A DNA stretch of 63,987 nucleotides, the filler included, from an uncultured bacterium (GTDB lineage: Bacteria > Hinthialibacterota > Hinthialibacteria > Hinthialibacterales > Hinthialibacteraceae), in the NCBI GenBank assembly GCA_964449065.1. It is 9 parts of 9 records of this genome, joined end to end, with 100 filler letters (N's around TTAATTAATTAA, not from the genome) between each part and the next. Parts side by side here need not be neighbours in the genome. Positions count along the whole stretch, not along the records: positions 7,284 to 14,461 come from CAYVAZ010000267.1; positions 14,562 to 21,735 come from CAYVAZ010000268.1; 7 more parts are not named here. One strand, given 5' to 3'. A program made the translations under genes and the position numbers. Every line of letters begins with the position of its first letter. Positions within the stretch are counted from its first letter, which is position 1. The notes beneath the pieces were generated by a model. That model had not been told where the DNA came from. It ran no database searches and worked only from the letters and a program-made list of their open reading frames with translations. Positions 8,351 to 17,599 of this stretch are shown here, one piece after another.

Positions 8351-9513
8351 AGTGTTCTTATATTGCCGCTATATTATTATTAAGTCTTATCTGTGTTCGG
8401 GCCGATACGCCCAAAAATTTTGATGTATTAAAACTTGAAAACGGTTCTATCCTCGAAGGCGTTTTACTATCCGAAGACGCCTACATTCAAATTGAATGTA
8501 CGGGCGGTTCTTTCACCCTGCCTGCCTCATCGGTGGCAAAAGTCATCCGCTCCCAACCCGGCGAAAGCATGATTCTCATGGCCCGGCATTTGTTCCAGCG
8601 CAATCAACTCAAACGCGCCGAACATTGGGCAAAGCAAGCACGTGTCTATAACAATTGGGAAGCCGAAAGCAATGAATTGCTGGATGACATTACCAATAAA
8701 CTTAAAGAACAGGCGGAAGAACGCAAGGCAAAAGAAAAACGCGAGATCGAGCGTATCATCAAATCCAAAGGCATCGAAGCGGGTATCAAAGCCCTGCAGC
8801 AGCGCCACAACCAACGCGATGAAGCCGAGTATTGGGGCACCATGCGCGGCAGGCTGCACATCCTCTTATCGCTGGAACGCCTCGATCACCTGCATCTCAG
8901 CGCCGCCGAACGCCACTTGGCCCTCGCGGAAAAATACGGGGCCGATCCCAAAGAGTGGAATAAGGTCAAGCAAAAGTTAACCGATATGAAACGCATGCGG
9001 TCTCTGCATGGGCGCGATTACTTAATCGCCCGCTTCGGCAAGAAAACCCCACCGAAACCCAAAACCATATCCGGCAGTTTTTTAGACGCAGTAAAAGCCG
9101 CCAAACAAAGGGGAGACAAAACACCCCCTATGGAATTGCTACAGATGGTTGACCGCTATGCGGCCGAGAATGAACTGGATCCGCTGTTGGTATGGGCGGT
9201 GATCGATACGGAATCCTCCTGGCGGGTCAATGTGATTTCGCATAAGGGAGCGCAAGGCCTTATGCAGTTGATGCCGGGCACCGCCAAAGAGCTGGAGGTA
9301 AGCAACCCCTTTGACGCCGAACAAAACATCCGCGGCGGCACGCAATACATGCGCTTTTTGCTGAGGATGTTCAACGATGTCGATACCGCGCTCGCCGCCT
9401 ACAACATGGGACCGGGACGTATTGAACGCGCCAAAACCATGCCCGAAGCCGGCAAACGCTACATCCAAAAAGTCAAAACACGCTATGCCGCATTGCGGCA
9501 GCGGTTTATGTAA
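8347..9513 (+). CDS. Lytic transglycosylase (SLT domain) with helical/TPR-like N-terminus
   Basis: Signal peptide; AVIDTESS, GAQGLMQLMPGTA, ALAAYNMG. Confidence 0.9.
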   Translation: MKCSYIAAILLLSLICVRADTPKNFDVLKLENGSILEGVLLSEDAYIQIECTGGSFTLPASSVAKVIRSQPGESMILMARHLFQRNQLKRAEHWAKQARVYNNWEAESNELLDDITNKLKEQAEERKAKEKREIERIIKSKGIEAGIKALQQRHNQRDEAEYWGTMRGRLHILLSLERLDHLHLSAAERHLALAEKYGADPKEWNKVKQKLTDMKRMRSLHGRDYLIARFGKKTPPKPKTISGSFLDAVKAAKQRGDKTPPMELLQMVDRYAAENELDPLLVWAVIDTESSWRVNVISHKGAQGLMQLMPGTAKELEVSNPFDAEQNIRGGTQYMRFLLRMFNDVDTALAAYNMGPGRIERAKTMPEAGKRYIQKVKTRYAALRQRFM

Positions 9514-9519
9514 TACAAT

Positions 9520-11058
9520 TCACTCTTTCAGCCACAACTTCCGGTCCAACGTGCGATACTGAATCGCCTCACTGATATGATGCGCTTCGATCAATTCACT
9601 TTGCTCTAAATCCGCGATCGTACGTGCCACTTTGATCACCCGGTCATACGCGCGCGCGGAAAGCCCGAGTTTTTCCATCCCCACCCGCATCATGTCGCGC
9701 GTAGTATCCGACATGGTGCAGTATTTCTTGATTTCCTTCGATCCCATATGCGCGTTGCAAAACAAATGCGTTCCTTCAAAGCGCTTGGTTTGAATCTCAT
9801 TCGCCTGCATCACCCGCTCCCGGATTTGATCAGACGTATCACCGCTTGGCGGCGCGTGCATTTCATCAAACGTAACGCTCGGCACTTCGATGTGAATATC
9901 GATCCGGTCTAACAGCGGCCCCGAAAGCCGTGACATATACCGCTGAATCTGTGGGGGCGTGCAGCGGCACACATGCTGGGTATCGTTATAATAACCGCAC
10001 GGGCAGGGATTGGCGGCTGCCACCAGCATAAACCGGCTTGGAAACGAAAGCGAACCCGACACCCGCGATATCGTTACGATTCCGTCTTCAAGCGGCTGGC
10101 GCAAGTTCTCCAACACATTGCGGGAAAACTCCGGCAACTCATCCAAAAACAATATGCCGTGATGCGACAAACTCACCTCACCGGGGCGCGGAATCGTCCC
10201 GCCGCCGATCAATCCGGCATCCGATACCGAATGGTGGGGAGACCGAAACGGCCTTGTCGCCATCAGCGATTTCCCCGGCGGCAGCGAACCATGAATGCTG
10301 TGGATTTTGGTGGTTTCCAACGCCTCTTCAAAACTAATCGGTGTAAGGATTGTCGGCAGACGCTTCGCCAACATACTCTTGCCGGAACCCGGCGGGCCGA
10401 TCATCACCAGATTATGTCTCCCCGCCGCCGCCACCTCCAACGCGCGTTTGGCGTGTTCCTGCCCCTTTACGTTATAAAAGTCTTCTTCGTATTTCGCCGA
10501 TTCCAAAAAAAGGTCTTTTACATTGATCCGCATAGGAGAAACCGGCTCTTGTCCGTTAAGATGAAGAATGGCCTGTGCCACCGTTTTTATGGGAATAACA
10601 TCGATGTCACTGACCACAGCCGCCTCGGCGGCGTTTTCTTCGGGAAGTAAAAATGAAGTGAATCCATGATCACGGGCAGCCAGTGCAATCGGCAATACGC
10701 CGCGCACCGGACGCAGCGCGCCGTCCAGCGCCAGTTCCCCCAGCAGCATGACCTTTTCCACCGCTTCTACCGGTATGATCCCAAATGCCGTGACCAAGGA
10801 AATCGCAATCGGCAAATCAAGCGACGAACCCTCTTTGGGTACATCCGCCGGCGCTAAATTCAGGGTTAACCGCTTTTGAGGATAGGAATACCCACTGTTA
10901 TACAAAGCCGCCCGAACCCGTTCCTTGCTCTCTTTCACGGCGGAATCGGGCAGCCCCACCATCGTCAATCCGGGCATGCCCTGCGTCATATCCAGTTCGA
11001 TTTCCATGATATAGGCATCGATACCCATCGTCGCACTGGAATGTACCCGTACATACAT
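9520..11058 (-). CDS. comM: YifB/ComM family Mg-chelatase-like AAA+ ATPase
   Basis: GLPDSAVKESKERV, GPPGSGKS, RPFRSPHH, LFLDELPEF, LSARAYDR. Start moved to ATG 11058, which has a GGAGA RBS. Confidence 0.95.
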   Translation of the reverse strand: MYVRVHSSATMGIDAYIMEIELDMTQGMPGLTMVGLPDSAVKESKERVRAALYNSGYSYPQKRLTLNLAPADVPKEGSSLDLPIAISLVTAFGIIPVEAVEKVMLLGELALDGALRPVRGVLPIALAARDHGFTSFLLPEENAAEAAVVSDIDVIPIKTVAQAILHLNGQEPVSPMRINVKDLFLESAKYEEDFYNVKGQEHAKRALEVAAAGRHNLVMIGPPGSGKSMLAKRLPTILTPISFEEALETTKIHSIHGSLPPGKSLMATRPFRSPHHSVSDAGLIGGGTIPRPGEVSLSHHGILFLDELPEFSRNVLENLRQPLEDGIVTISRVSGSLSFPSRFMLVAAANPCPCGYYNDTQHVCRCTPPQIQRYMSRLSGPLLDRIDIHIEVPSVTFDEMHAPPSGDTSDQIRERVMQANEIQTKRFEGTHLFCNAHMGSKEIKKYCTMSDTTRDMMRVGMEKLGLSARAYDRVIKVARTIADLEQSELIEAHHISEAIQYRTLDRKLWLKE

Positions 11059-11699
11059 GAATACAATCTCTCCAAGAATCAGAATCGGTTTTAAAGAGTA
11101 TGGATGATCCAAAACGAGTATTCAAGCTGCAAAGATGATTGTGGAATTGAATTATGAGACAACCTCAATGTTTGATTCACTCCTGTTTCGCAAGCCGTAA
11201 GAATTGTGGCAGAGCGTTCATTCGTAAAACTTCTAGAACGAAACTAACAATAACATACTTTGTTCAACAGGCATCCCTGCGAACCAATGGTTGGATTCTG
11301 TTTTGACTGTCCAAGATCTCTGGCATAGCCGCCCAGGGGCCAGCTAAGACAGCCCGGATCTTTTATTTGGCGACAAAAGAGTCTTCTAATTGAAAACGGT
11401 GTGGCTATTTGCTATTGGGATTAACTAGACATTCAAACCTGGCATCAGAATTGTAGTTGTTCTAGAGATTCTATTTGTACGGCATAACCCTCTAAAATGA
11501 CTGTTGGTTATGTTTATTATTTATCTACCTGAATATTCTCAATTTATAATACTTTTTGGTTTGCTAGCGCATAAAAAGGAGGAAGATTTACAGCTCAGAG
11601 TAACAAATTGTTACTTAAAATTTTCATTATTATTTTCAAAATGGAAAAATAATGCAGAGAAATTACCATTTTAGGAAAACTGAGTTGTAAATAAAACCC

Positions 11700-12809
11700 A
11701 TGGTCGAAGCTATCAATCCCGCATTTTTTATTTCTCAAGATGCTGTCGACTTTTTGATGGATTGCAATATCCATCAAGTCACTTTTTATGAGCTTGCCCA
11801 TACCCACAATCCTTGGGAAATTCATTTTGAGTGGTTTCAACAGATCAAAAAAGAGATTGAAAATTTAGAACTGACCTTACGTACCTCCTACCCCAATAGA
11901 AATATCGCCGCCTTAATCACGGACAACCGCATGTTTTGGATATTTGGAGAAAAACTTAATGAATACCTCAATATGCAAAGTAAGACGGTTAAAGAAATTC
12001 TATCGGGTGGCGCTTTTCCCACCTGGAAGATGACCTCGGCGGAATTGGCCGGCGGTCACGTAGACAACTTGCGGCATATCATTTTAACAGCCGCCCACGA
12101 TGAAGTGTTGTTACACCAACTGCGCAAGCCCTTGGGCGGCAACTTTACCCTCATGCACCGCGAATTTGAATTGGGCGAAAAATACGTCTACCAAATGTTA
12201 GAGTATGTAAAAAAATACGGTCCCAGCATTGCGCTGGCCATGAAGGAATCCTTCGTGATGATGGAACGCTGCCGGGTCACCTTTGAAGCCATTCAACGTG
12301 GGGAAGTGAATTTGGACAACTTAGGGTACTCTGTAGACGATTTGGAATCGGTCAAACAAATTTTAAACGAACGCTGCCAGCAAGAATTTCCGGCCTATTT
12401 AAAGCAATTCGATGCCATTCACCAAATGATGACCAACGCCATCCGCGAGGGTGAAAACACACAACTCATTCGTCTCAGCCGTTGGGAACTGGCCATCGCG
12501 CTACTAGAGGAAATTCCGGAAACGTTGATAGGCCATGCCGAATTGATAACCTTCGAACGGGAAAAACTAGAAACCATTGTTCGCTCCCGCGAATTGGAAC
12601 TCGGGCCAAGCATGTTGGGCAAGCAAGCGCTCGATTTGAACGCAAGAGCGACGGCGGCAAAAGTAGAAAAACAAAAGCCGGCAGAACCAGTACCCGAACC
12701 CGAACCGGTCGCTGTAGAAGAAACTCCAGAACCAGAGCCGCAAACGCAGGAAGAACCCAAGAAAAAATACAAACACCGTATGGCATTTACATCCCGTTCC
12801 AGACGCTAA
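11700..12809 (+). CDS. Hypothetical protein with P/E-rich linker and RMAFTSRSRR tail
   Basis: 369-aa ORF with gene-like composition; no family recognised. Confidence 0.8.
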   Translation: MVEAINPAFFISQDAVDFLMDCNIHQVTFYELAHTHNPWEIHFEWFQQIKKEIENLELTLRTSYPNRNIAALITDNRMFWIFGEKLNEYLNMQSKTVKEILSGGAFPTWKMTSAELAGGHVDNLRHIILTAAHDEVLLHQLRKPLGGNFTLMHREFELGEKYVYQMLEYVKKYGPSIALAMKESFVMMERCRVTFEAIQRGEVNLDNLGYSVDDLESVKQILNERCQQEFPAYLKQFDAIHQMMTNAIREGENTQLIRLSRWELAIALLEEIPETLIGHAELITFEREKLETIVRSRELELGPSMLGKQALDLNARATAAKVEKQKPAEPVPEPEPVAVEETPEPEPQTQEEPKKKYKHRMAFTSRSRR

Positions 12810-12874
12810 CAACATTTTCATGTTTCTCCCCTCAAAATCAATTTACAATCAGTAAAAGCAAGTTAGGATAGTTA

Positions 12875-13023
12875 TAGTACCATGTCAATCAAAAAATGAC
12901 GGACTGACATTTTCCCTGTGTGAAGACATCAAAAAATGACGGCTGGCTATCCGTTGTTTCCCCCCCTTGTTAAGGGGGACTAGGGGGATCGATACCCGTC
13001 AATAAAACGTTGACACTGTACTA
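12875..13023. mobile_element. TIR family-E mini-element (149 bp) carrying a CCCCCTT..AAGGGGG hairpin; empty-site counterpart of 66-454
   Basis: TAGTACCATGTCAA (12875-12888) and TTGACACTGTACTA (13010-13023) match 12/14 as an inverted repeat. Internal duplication of ATCAAAAAATGACGG. Confidence 0.7.
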
Positions 13024-13034
13024 AAGTAGTTGCG

Positions 13035-13083
13035 AAAAGTATGTTCGTTTTGGGAGGGCGAGGCTCCCGCCGAGCCGGAAGTA
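13035..13083 (+). repeat. Family-B REP-like repeat with AAAAGTATGTTCGTTTT leader
   Basis: Near-identical unit at 46080-46128; reverse copy of the core at 57655-57690. Confidence 0.8.
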
Positions 13084-13169
13084 TAGTTTATTTCAATCGG
13101 AACATTTTTTTGCAATCGCTATATACAAAATTTCTTCCATTTGGGTATTCCTCTACAAGGTTTTTGACC

Positions 13170-13961
13170 ATGAAAGCATACAATCAAGTCGCATCCGTTT
13201 ACGATTACATGATCGACTGGGAAACCCGGCTGCAAAATGAAGACGCGTTCTTCATCCACCTCTTTCGCGAACAAATGACGCAATCCATTTTGGATTTAGG
13301 CTGCGGTACTGGAGAGCACGTGCTGCATTGGGGTGAGATGGGCCACAACACAACCGGGGTGGACAGTTCCAAAGAAATGATCGCCCAGGCCAAACAAAAA
13401 GCGGACGAACTGGACGTGGATGTAGAATTTTTGTGCCTGCCGATGGACCAATTTGCCGTCAAGATTGAAGAGTCGTTTGATATGATTACGTGCATTGGCA
13501 ATACATTGCCTCACGTTTTGGATCAAGCAAAATTAGACCGGTTGTTTCAGAATATCGCCGCCAAATTAAATCCGTTTGGATGCGCGGTGTTTCAACTCCA
13601 CAATTTCGAACCGATATTGGAAGTGCAAAAACGTGATTTCCCAGTCAAAGCGCGGCAGGAAAACGGCAAGGAATACATCTTCAGCCGCTTTTACGATTAT
13701 CATCAAGAAAAGATGCTGTTTAACTTAGTGGCAATTACTCGTGAAAACGGTTCGTTTACTTCCAAAAGCCACAGCGTCTATCACTATCCCTGGCGCTATC
13801 AAGAATTGAAAGACACTGCCCTGAAAGCCGGTTTCAAAACGGTGATGGCCTATGGCAACTTTCAGTTTGAAGAGTTTAACATCAACCAAAGCAGCGACCT
13901 TATCCTGGTCTGTGACTTCCAAGAAGAAGAACCCAATATTGATGAGTTTAAAGAGAAGTGA
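13170..13961 (+). CDS. Class I SAM-dependent methyltransferase (glycine/sarcosine N-methyltransferase-like)
   Basis: ILDLGCGTG, GVDSSKEMI, CIGNTLPH. Start moved to ATG 13170 because the upstream extension is repeat-derived. Confidence 0.9.
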   Translation: MKAYNQVASVYDYMIDWETRLQNEDAFFIHLFREQMTQSILDLGCGTGEHVLHWGEMGHNTTGVDSSKEMIAQAKQKADELDVDVEFLCLPMDQFAVKIEESFDMITCIGNTLPHVLDQAKLDRLFQNIAAKLNPFGCAVFQLHNFEPILEVQKRDFPVKARQENGKEYIFSRFYDYHQEKMLFNLVAITRENGSFTSKSHSVYHYPWRYQELKDTALKAGFKTVMAYGNFQFEEFNINQSSDLILVCDFQEEEPNIDEFKEK

Positions 13962-13967
13962 TGTATG

Positions 13968-14058
13968 ATACCATTTCCAATTTGAATTGTTCACTAAAAT
14001 CAAATCTGCTAACCATGATTCCTTCGTTTGAATGCCAAGGAAAACACCTCGCAATGAC
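13968..14058 (+). mobile_element. TIR family-D left arm with GATTGCTTCG..CTCGCAATGAC-type cargo
   Basis: About 80 nt closely similar to 33701-33780 (ATACCATTTCCAATTTGAATTGTTCACTAAAATCAAA...GCCAAGGAAAA). Confidence 0.7.
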
Positions 14059-14065
14059 AGTTGTT

Positions 14066-14317
14066 TCAACGATATTTCGATGAGGCCTCTTCAACCAATA
14101 CTTCTTGAAATTCAGATAAGTCGCCGGCAAAAGCTAAGGCCGCGTTAATATCTTCCGGCTGGAGTGACGGATAGTCTTCCAACAATTCTTTTTTTTCGGC
14201 ACCGCTTGCTAAGGCGTCTAATATTTGAGAAACAATGATACGTGTACCTGAAATAACCGGCTTACCATGACACACATTCGGGTCAATTGATATTCTTGGG
14301 TGTTGGATAAGATTCAT
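14066..14317 (-). CDS. DUF433 antitoxin-like protein
   Basis: RISIDPNVCHGKPVISGTRI..LLEDYPSL..DINAALAFA. Confidence 0.92.
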   Translation of the reverse strand: MNLIQHPRISIDPNVCHGKPVISGTRIIVSQILDALASGAEKKELLEDYPSLQPEDINAALAFAGDLSEFQEVLVEEASSKYR

Positions 14318-14404
14318 AACGATTCTCCTACTTCATTCAAATTATACACAAAAATCGAAATGCTTTTCAATAAAAGGTAATAGGTCAGCCGCTTGAAGAG
14401 AAAT

Positions 14405-14440
14405 TCCCCCTCCCAAAGGTGGGAGGGGTTAGGGGAGGGT
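14405..14440 (+). repeat. C/G-run hairpin repeat (CCCCTCCC..GGGAGGGG TTAGGGGAGGG)
   Basis: Related motifs at 50696-50777, 23249-23278 and 34020-34045. Confidence 0.6.
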
Positions 14441-14561
14441 TTGAAGCATTGAGCGTTTAACNNNNNNNNNNNNNNNNNNNNNNNNNNNNNNNNNNNNNNN
14501 NNNNNTTAATTAATTAANNNNNNNNNNNNNNNNNNNNNNNNNNNNNNNNNNNNNNNNNNNN

Positions 14562-16014
14562 CGCCCTGCCTTGCCACCGAAAACTGCAACGGCACGCTGC
14601 CTCCCGGTGTGATGCGCGGATTATCCGGCGAAACCGACGCGGAAAGATTTTGTTGCGGGGGGTGAATTTTCAAGCGGTAGGCATAATCATCCCCGCCTTG
14701 GTTGGATAAATCCCGAATCGCAATCTGATAGCGGCCGTCCTTATCAAAGCGGTGGTTGATCAGGGCTTCGACCCCAACCGTGTCATCATTCACTGCGATG
14801 GAATTCCCCTCTCCATCAAACAACTGCAAAAATCCATCCAAATTGCTGCCCAACCGTTTTGCCAGCACTTCAAAACTATAACGCTGCCCTTGTTTGGCAT
14901 CAAACGCAAACCGGTCAATATCATCTTCTTGGTTCATTCTTCCATTGATCGTCACCGGCAGATTTATACGTTGGGCAGTATCAACAGTATCATTGCCTTC
15001 ATCCTCGGCAACTTCCGGCACATCATCCACATCAAATTTTACAGGATTGGTGGCCATGCCGGTTTTGGGAGTCAAACGGATATTACGGATACCCAGCGGC
15101 GCATCCGGAGCGATAGCAAACTGAATATCGCCAATGCCGCCTAAATTCTTTCCAATTGCCGTCAACGTGCTTTGTTCCCCCCGTCTGCCGCCAAGGGGGA
15201 ATATGGCATCCAAATACGGAAGTTCACCCAGGCGTAAGCGGTAAAAATAATTTCCGCCCCCTTTGTAGCGCAAATCCCGCACACTCAGCCGGTAGGCCCC
15301 CGTTTTTTTGACTTCATAATCGATCAAAGAATCCAAACCGTTGGCAACATCATTGCGTGCGGCTTCATTGCCGTCTTCATCATACAAAACAATGAACGAA
15401 TCCAGCGGTGAACCGATGCGGCTGGCGTTTACCTCGCAGAATATCCGCTGTCCCTTTTTGGCATCAAAGCGGAACACATCCACATCATCATTGGATGAAA
15501 TCACCGCGTTAATCGTTAAAGGGATATCAACCTTTTGTGGTTCCAGCAAAGAATTATTCGGTTCACTTTCATAGATTTCATTTAAATCGTTTACAATCAG
15601 CGGTAACGGATTCGATACCCCGTTCGGCGTCACTACCCGCACTTGCCGCGTGTTCATATCCGCATCCGGTGAAAGAGTCACCTCAACGACCAGGCGGTGC
15701 CCTTCATCGACTTTCCCGCTTACACCTCTGCCGCTGAAATTGACCGCGATATCTCCCGTATGCCGTTCGGTGATGTGGATGGATTCCACTCCACCGCCGC
15801 TGACCATCACTTTCGACACATCCCAAAAATTCTTTCCGTACAGCGTTATCCGGTTCACCGGCAACACCGCTTCCCCATTCGATACAATCTTCCCTTTTTG
15901 AATCCCTTTTGGATAAAGTGAATCCAATTGCGGAGCGGGTTGGGCGGCAACTTGCACGGCCAATACCCAGCAAATATGTATCAACACAAAACAAAGAGTG
16001 GATCGAGTTTTCAT
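14562..16014 (-). CDS. Secreted PPC-domain protein of the Planctomycete-type DUF1501 cluster (3' truncated)
   Basis: Signal peptide; repeated E.EPNN/N..D.D.F.F.AK.GQR..GSxLD..NDD PPC repeats; runs into the spacer. Confidence 0.85.
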
Positions 16015-16074
16015 ACTTACTTTCCTATATCATAGAAATCATTACATTCGCTATAAGAGTACAAAATTTCACGC

Positions 16075-16106
16075 AAAAAAACAAAGGGCACGGAGCCGTG
16101 CCCTTT
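16075..16106 (-). terminator. Intrinsic terminator after the DUF1501 gene
   Basis: AAAGGGCACG-GAGC-CGTGCCCTTT stem with a minus-strand T-run. Confidence 0.7.
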
Positions 16107-16138
16107 ATTCTATATGTTTCTAAATTGCTTAAGGGATG

Positions 16139-17584
16139 TTACGAATAAATTCCATAAATCGGTGAGCCTTTGACCAACTCGCGCGGCTGTTCGAGATGGT
16201 TGAACACCTCCATGTGCGGATTGATGCCCAGCGCGAAATACACCGTCGCCAAAATATCACGGGGGTGAACCGGATTTTCAACCGGGGTGGATCCCGTTTC
16301 ATCGGATTTGCCGTACACCTGCCCTTTGCCGATGCCCGCGCCGGCAATGAGCCCGGTATAGCAATAGGGCCAATGGTCACGGCCGTCCGGGGCGTTGCCG
16401 TTGCCGGAAGTACTGACCCCCATACGCGGCGAACGCCCAAATTCGCCGATCACCAGCACCAAGGTTTCATCCAGCATCCCGGTGCGGTCTAAATCTTCCA
16501 ACAAGGCCGATACCGCGCTATCGAGTTTGGGGCAATGCAAATCACGCAAGGGGCCGAAGTTCGCGGCGTGGGTATCCCATGCGGTGGTACGGGGATCGCC
16601 ATTGGCCACCGAAGGCCAGTTCACCTGCACAAAGCGCGTCCCGGCTTCCACCAAGCGGCGGGCTAACAGCGTGCTTTGCCCAAAGGTATGTCTGCCATAA
16701 CGGTCGCGAACTTCTTTCGGCTCTAGGGTTAAATCAAACGCGTCCCGCGCTTTTTGCGAGAGGATCAAATCAAAGGCTTTTTCGTAATACGAATTCAGCG
16801 CGTACTCTTCCGCCGCGCGTTCCAGTTCCGGCATACTTTCGTTAATGGTTTGCAATAAAGATGCCCGGCGGTTCATCCGCACGGATGAGACATCTTCCCG
16901 CAGTTCCAATTCATCCAGTTGGTATTCCTGGTTGGGGTCTTGAAAGAAATAATACGGATCGTACGCGCGCCCCAAATGGCCTGCCGTGCCGCCCTTGCCG
17001 ATGATATTGCTTTCCTGCATCGGGCGGGGCAATTGTACGGCATTGAGCATCGAACCATCCGCCGGTTTAAACTTATTAATGTAAGAGGCAACATTGGGAT
17101 GATCGTTCGGTCCGGGAGGGTCCAACTGCCCGGAGGGCGCGACCTTATCCGGCGTTTCGCCCGTCAACATTTGATACATCGCCGCCGTGTGGTTAAACAG
17201 TCCCGCCGGCGTGTAACTCACCGAGCGGATCAGCGTCGCTTTATCCATTTGCTTCGCCAGATTCGGCATGGTTTCCGATAGATAGATGCCCGGTACGTTT
17301 GATTTGATGGGATTAAACTCGCCGCGGATGTTGGAAGGCGCGTCCGGTTTGGGGTCCCAAATATCGAGATGGCTGGGGCCGCCCTGCAAAAAAAGCATGA
17401 TCACCGATTTGGCCTTGCCGAATGCGGGATGCGTAATGCTGCTGCCTTCCGTTTTCGCCTTGGCTTCCAATGCCAGAATGTTCGGCAGACTCAGCCCCAT
17501 CATCGCCGCTCCACCCACGCGGATAAATTCACGCCGGCTGGGGCCGTCGCACAAATAGCCTGTTTTTCCGGGTATTGATAGCAT
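16139..17584 (-). CDS. DUF1501 protein (Tat signal)
   Basis: SRREFI Tat motif, FLQGGPSHLDIWDPKP, ARRLVEAG, GEFGRSP, GRDHWP. Confidence 0.95.
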   Translation of the reverse strand: MLSIPGKTGYLCDGPSRREFIRVGGAAMMGLSLPNILALEAKAKTEGSSITHPAFGKAKSVIMLFLQGGPSHLDIWDPKPDAPSNIRGEFNPIKSNVPGIYLSETMPNLAKQMDKATLIRSVSYTPAGLFNHTAAMYQMLTGETPDKVAPSGQLDPPGPNDHPNVASYINKFKPADGSMLNAVQLPRPMQESNIIGKGGTAGHLGRAYDPYYFFQDPNQEYQLDELELREDVSSVRMNRRASLLQTINESMPELERAAEEYALNSYYEKAFDLILSQKARDAFDLTLEPKEVRDRYGRHTFGQSTLLARRLVEAGTRFVQVNWPSVANGDPRTTAWDTHAANFGPLRDLHCPKLDSAVSALLEDLDRTGMLDETLVLVIGEFGRSPRMGVSTSGNGNAPDGRDHWPYCYTGLIAGAGIGKGQVYGKSDETGSTPVENPVHPRDILATVYFALGINPHMEVFNHLEQPRELVKGSPIYGIYS

Positions 17585-17599
17585 AATAAAAACCTCCCC

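Noticed and set aside
11300..11360. Partial resemblance to ZTP or c-di-AMP riboswitch words (GCCGCCC, CAGCTAA)
   Set aside because: The required upstream conserved elements are absent, so it is kept only as an unclassified structured-RNA candidate.
13041..13169. N-terminal extension of the methyltransferase (and ORFs such as 6894-7239, 13725-14069, 33802-33993, 45977-46228, 57512-57721)
   Set aside because: These are translations of intergenic repeat elements, not protein sequence.
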